Origin: Anthoceros angustus
Taxonomy: Eukaryota > Plantae > Anthocerotophyta
Direction: 5' to 3'
DNA length: 64,000 bases
NCBI GenBank assembly: GCA_010909165.1
Contig: MU008162.1
Coordinates: 992,001-1,056,000 of the forward strand
The notes under the pieces were generated by a model that saw nothing but the letters and a program-made list of their open reading frames with translations, was not told the origin of the DNA and searched no databases. Positions 59,168-64,000 of this stretch are shown in pieces; the stretch's first letter is position 1, and every line of letters starts with the position of its first letter. Position numbers and translations under genes: made by a program.

Positions 59168-59854
59168 TCCTTCCCACCACAGCCCAACAGAGCGAATTCG
59201 CAGCTCTAAGCGTCCGAAGCTCTAGAATGGCAGCCAGACGATGTCCGCTGGCCTCCAATTCCGGAGACGCGTTTTACGGGCGGAATTCCTGCAGCCTCCT
59301 GCAGGAGGCAGCCGCCAGCCGCATCCATTCCGTGCCCTTTTCGCCTCATCACCAACCTCCAAGCCACCGGACGGGATCGATCGCATAACCGCGCTTGTAC
59401 TTTCTTGGCCGCCGCCACAGTCGCTGCCCTGCTCGGTCGGGCCGAGCCGGGCCGGGTCGGGTCGGGTCGGGTCAGCGAAAGCACATGGGACCAGGGGTCT
59501 AGTCGTTCTCGCACAAGGGGAGATTAGGTACTGCAGTTGAAAGGGATCACATCACACACCCATCAACTACCTACTAGTAATCTCGACAGATTGGTGCAAA
59601 GCTTCAACATTATAGCCACTCGGAAATCGGCGTCACCCAAAATCAGGCTGCCGAGTTCCATCAAGGGCCATCTTGTGCGACTGCCTACCCAGATTACATA
59701 CAGGTGAGCTTCTCCCCGGAAGCGTGGCATGTCAGACTGCCTGTCTACCTACCGCTAACCCACCGTTGCACGCCACGCAGCCCGGAGAAACTTCAGGGAA
59801 ATGCCCGCCGCCTCGCCTTGCCCTGCCTGCCCTGTCAAGCTTATCTTGTCTATT

Positions 59855-61939
59855 CTACTTAGTGTAGAGGATATCGTAGTGACCTGGCCGGTAAAGCAGC
59901 GTGACAAGGATTTCGACGCTGCTCTTCTGCTCCTCCGGAATGTTGGTGGGGATGAAGTCATGGTGATTCACTTCTGTGGCCTTGCCGGATCCGATGTTGC
60001 TGCGGTCCAGGTACACCACGCGCACTGGAACCCCCAGCGCGTCCGACAGGGCTATAATGTGAACATGGTCACTCTCTTCCCCCATGGGCTCCACCGATGC
60101 TTTACAAAACTGCCACACATCAGACGCCAGACCGGCAAGAGTGAGGTTGTTGCAACGAATTGGGCTTGTGGAACGAAGTGCTAGGGGAAGGAATACGGCA
60201 ATGCAAGATAAAGCATTGCTTCAGTATTACCTGCACCACGCTCATATTACTCAAGCCCAATATGAATGGTTCGAAGAAGTCTGCTCGTCGGCGAATCTCA
60301 CCCGATGTTATGAATCTGAAAAACATCACAACTGAAGAAGACTCTGACTACTGAGCACAATAGGGAACCCCTAAAAGCCTCAGGAAATAAGGATCTTAAT
60401 CGAATATGTGATGTGCTGCACGTACCGTAGTTGGAGACATACTGGTCCCGGCAGCGTTCCACCAGCTGCTCCTGGCTGCACACACAGGAAGCGCAAGACA
60501 CAGTCAAAGACTGGCCAACCACACATTCGCGCTTCCTCACAGTAATCCATCTCGCTTCATCGAAGAATACTGATGAAAATAGACAACCTGATGGAAGTCT
60601 CTCTGCCAGGTAAAACGCTCTCCAGTTGCTCAACAAATATCTGAAACCATGACATGGGACACGTTACTGATACTGAGTTAGGGTAAGCAGAAAATCAAGA
60701 TGAGAGTGAGGGTGATCAGAAAATCAGCTGGCTTACGGAAAGGAAATCTTCAAATGTGAATTCGGCATAACCAAGCTCCAGCAATGTCTTCCGGCACTCA
60801 TCAATATTCGTTTGCACGCGTGCTACCTCTGCTTCGTTCTTTGTTTCAAGAATATGCTCCTATTCTTACACACACACAAGAGTCCCAAGTCAGAGATGCC
60901 AGCATCATCATTTGGTTTAAGCAGTGAGGACGAGAGGGTCTGCAGAGTACCAGGTAGGAGAACATAAAACTCCTAAAGAAGCAATTTCCATCACCACGCG
61001 TCCGTCGAATGGCCCCATAGATCTCGCATAATTTCTGAGATAATGTGAGCATATTAGCCTCCGTGATTAGCTAAATGACGTTCAGTCGTATTCCCTGCTT
61101 CGGTCATTCAAATGTCCCACAGGAGACCTAGGATCCTGGCAAGGAAGTATCCAGTAGCCATGGGGACATGCTGCTGCACCCAGGAGTTGCGCAAGCGTGC
61201 AAGTGTACTGAAAACATGCCATCCGATTCACTCACAAGGGACAGACAGCTGAAGACAACAGTTCCCCATACCTCCACTTTCTCCTTGAAAACAGGGTTGC
61301 CCATGTCATACTCTGCTGCAAGCACAGAGAGAGGCTCCTGCAGACCAAAGGAAAGCATAATTAGCCAGGATCCTCAGATACCGAGCCATCACGCCAGGAA
61401 TACCAAAGCTCAGCAAATTTCCTCCTAAAGTGCTTATAGACAAGCCGAAGGAACGTCCGAGTGACACAAGGATCACCATCTCAAAAAGACTCAAAATAGT
61501 TTGCGTCAGAAATGTGCCGTGTACATCACCCTCAGACCGCCTCTTCCAATGACAGGGCTCAAACCTAAGGATCGACGTGGTGGCAACCTAAAAACTTCCC
61601 TACTCCAACACCATGAGCTACACCTATCGTTGGCTGCAAAGAATGAAGCGAAACTGAACAGCTCAAGAGGAAACCGACTAGCAAAGGAGACGCTGCAAAA
61701 CGGATGCCACGACATGGCCCCCAGGGTTGTTTGGCTGAAATGCAGTGAGAGAAGAAATGCGACAGACCTGCATCGTACACAAGACAGAAACAGAAGAAGA
61801 AGCCGGACAGAGGAGACTCCACCTTATCTCCCACGAACTCCGTTTTGGCAGCATCAGCGGCCCTAAGGGCGTACTGGTACTCGAGAATTTCATCATCCCT
61901 AGGCCGGTCCTCCTCCGGATCCACCACGCACCCGTCCAT
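59855..61939 (-). CDS. OTU1: Otubain-like deubiquitinase (OTU1/OTUB1)
   Basis: FVGDK|EPLSVLAAEY, IRRTRGDGNCFFRSF, EPMGEESDHVHIIALSDALGV and LLYRPGHYDILY. Exons 61939-61823, 61337-61272, 61034-60951 and further exons. Confidence 0.93.
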
Positions 61940-63308
61940 GACCCACCACAGCAGACGGCGCCAGCAGAAGGAGGGAGGGTCGAGGCCGCGGGCACGCAAT
62001 TCGCAGAGCACAAGCCTGAGGCAGCGCCGGATTGCTCCTTCCCACCACGTCCAGTCCAGGCACGACAGCAGATCCGTGGCAAATGCCAGGTAACCCGTGA
62101 AGGAGTGGGCAGACGCGGTCACGGTCGGTCCCGGCGATCCATTTCCACCGGCATCCGCTTCCTCCTCGGCTCTGGCCGCAGTATCAGCACATCTCCCAGC
62201 AGCAGAGGGAAATGCATACCAACTCCACCAGCATCCAGATACTTCCACACACAACAGCGAGAACCCCAAACCAACCTATAATTGCCTGGTTCCAAGGTCC
62301 CGGGACTGCCGGACCCGGAAACTAACCCGCCCGGCCTCGACCTCCTCGCAACTGCAGCACCCGAATGCAGCCCAGCTGGGCCAGCGGCAGAATGCGAGCG
62401 GGAGGGATGCAGCAACCTGCGAGTATGGACTCGCAGCCGGAATCGAAATCCGAACGGGGAGCTGCTTGCTCGGCTCAGCAGCGGCGGGAATGGGATTCCA
62501 GACGGGCCGAGACACAGGTTTGAGGCAGATTGCGCAGCGGTTTGGTCTGGAGAAGGCGAAGGCGGAAGCGGAGGCGGAGGCGGAGGCGCGGGATGCGGCG
62601 GCAACTGGGCGGAATCAGAAGGTGCAGCGGAAAACGAGACAGGTGAATGTAAGCCTCTACATGGCCCTCTGCGTGGCGAAGGAAAGAATCAGAGAACTCT
62701 TCAGTCAGTTCGACAACGGGAGAACACGCCACGTTGTTCCTTGGTCAGTCTTTTCGTGAGTTTAGTTCGTCACTCTAGTTGTTGAAAGAAGAAGAAGGAG
62801 TTCCCGATAAATAGAGAGAGGGGAAGAGGCTTAAACGTGTGTCATCCAAGTTCGACCAACCGGTAGTGGATACGTTGCTCTCCTTTTCCCGTGCACGTTG
62901 TAGAACTGGTTCCAATTATGTACTTACTTATCTTTCTGGAAGGTCATTGTACATTGGAGGTGTTTGAGCTTTATAATTGTGTTATGTATTGATTTATTTT
63001 GGATCTAGAAATTTTATACGTTTTAATTGAATCAAGGTAAGATCGACGAGGAAATCAAACTTTGTTGGGCCTCTCCTTTAGTATGAGTGGGTGCTCATTC
63101 TTAGCGCTTATCTGATGCTTTCCCTTGAACGTCTCCTCCTCGTCGTACGTATCAAGCCTACTCGTCATCATCCACTCTTAATGGTGGCTCACAATATACA
63201 AGATGGAGGAGGGAACCAAACTTTGTTGGCCCGCTCACTCAGTATGAGTGAAAAATATTTTATGTACTCTGGGGTCTCTTCTCCTCTCCACCCCCTTAAT
63301 CTGCAGCC

Positions 63309-63640
63309 CAACTTTCGTTACCAAGCCAAATTAATAAAATTCTCCACACAACATTACTATCACCTTCAAATTCTTTCATTTTATCTTACCAACTTTTGCT
63401 GAAAAGACTGATCAACAAAATTCTCCACACAACATAACATCCACCTTCAAATTCTTTCATCTAATCTTACCAACTTTGGTTGAAAAGATAGATTGATAGA
63501 ATTCTCCACACAACATTATTTCCACCATCAAATTCTTTCATCTCGTGTTATCAACTTTCGTTGAAAAGATAGACTAACAAAATTCTCCATACAATATTAC
63601 ATCTACCTTCAAATTCTTTCATTACATCTTATCAATTGTA
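63309..63640. repeat. Four diverged 81-bp tandem units
   Basis: CAACTTT starts at 63309, 63390, 63471 and 63552, with a partial fifth at 63633. AATTCTCCA and TCAAATTCTTTCAT are conserved. Confidence 0.92.
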
Positions 63641-63807
63641 ATACACGTTGGACAAAACCGTTGCCTATCAGGCACTGCATCCAATTGAGGTTCCAAGCAA
63701 TAAATATGCCAACCATCGTTGCACCTGTCACACAACAACATACAATAATCATTACCAGGGTCTCCACACCCTAAATGGGCAAATGCCTTTCTGGGTACAA
63801 ACGTCAA
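63622..63807 (-). pseudogene. Degenerate PHD finger fragment, probably transposon-derived
   Basis: CGDPGNDYCMLLCDRCNDGWHIYCLEPQLDAVPDRQRFCPTC. The first Cys and the conserved Trp are lost, and the surroundings are AT-rich with many stops. Confidence 0.7.
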
Positions 63808-64000
63808 ATGTACCTAGAAACGTCAAACATAATCTCGCACCTTAAATTTTCTCACTTTGGGCCTAAAATGTCCACTTCTTGTCTTCCTATACCTCAACTC
63901 ATCTCTATGCTGAGCAATCAACAAATTGTCCATTGCCATAGGCATGATTCTCTAAACTAACTTTGCCCTAAGCTTGACTGCTTTTTAGCCATTGGCTGGG

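Noticed and set aside
47011-61939. Functional cluster of two deubiquitinases (BRCC36, OTU1)
   Set aside because: Unrelated folds separated by unrelated genes; no evidence beyond coincidence.
62097-62785. Several 160-220-aa ORFs upstream of OTU1
   Set aside because: GC-rich, low-complexity ORFs on both strands with no domain; most likely the OTU1 leader or promoter.
1-64000. tRNA, rRNA or snRNA genes
   Set aside because: No cloverleaf, rRNA or snRNA-like sequence recognised by eye; a covariance-model scan was not possible.

Overview
Gene-dense nuclear DNA from a non-seed land plant, most likely a hornwort. This is inferred from the short introns, high GC and the PG..SWW-type PLS-PPR. Genes in order: NILR1-like LRR receptor with an island domain (runs off the left edge), CSLD, GT90/CAP10 glycosyltransferase, COBRA-like (COBL7 clade), a Ty1/copia RNase H remnant, a PPR pseudogene, coatomer beta' (COPB2), RPAC2/AC19, an intronless orphan coiled-coil ORF, BRCC36 (with an AT-AC U12-type intron), a PLS-PPR gene, aminodeoxychorismate synthase, OTU1/otubain and a degenerate PHD finger next to an 81-bp array. 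About 19.4-36.0 kb is not ordinary sequence. It is a same-strand mosaic of pieces of the neighbouring loci joined at exact short overlaps. Of 29 traceable junctions, 20 are exactly 9 bp, which points to a k-mer-graph read-correction or assembly artefact rather than biology. Two further tandem duplications (1.4-3.4 kb, 39.5-42.7 kb) look related. The best biological candidate is an OSB-type PDF ssDNA-binding motif fused N-terminal to PLS-PPR arrays, seen in two separate PPR genes in this window. All calls come from reading the sequence; no searches were run.
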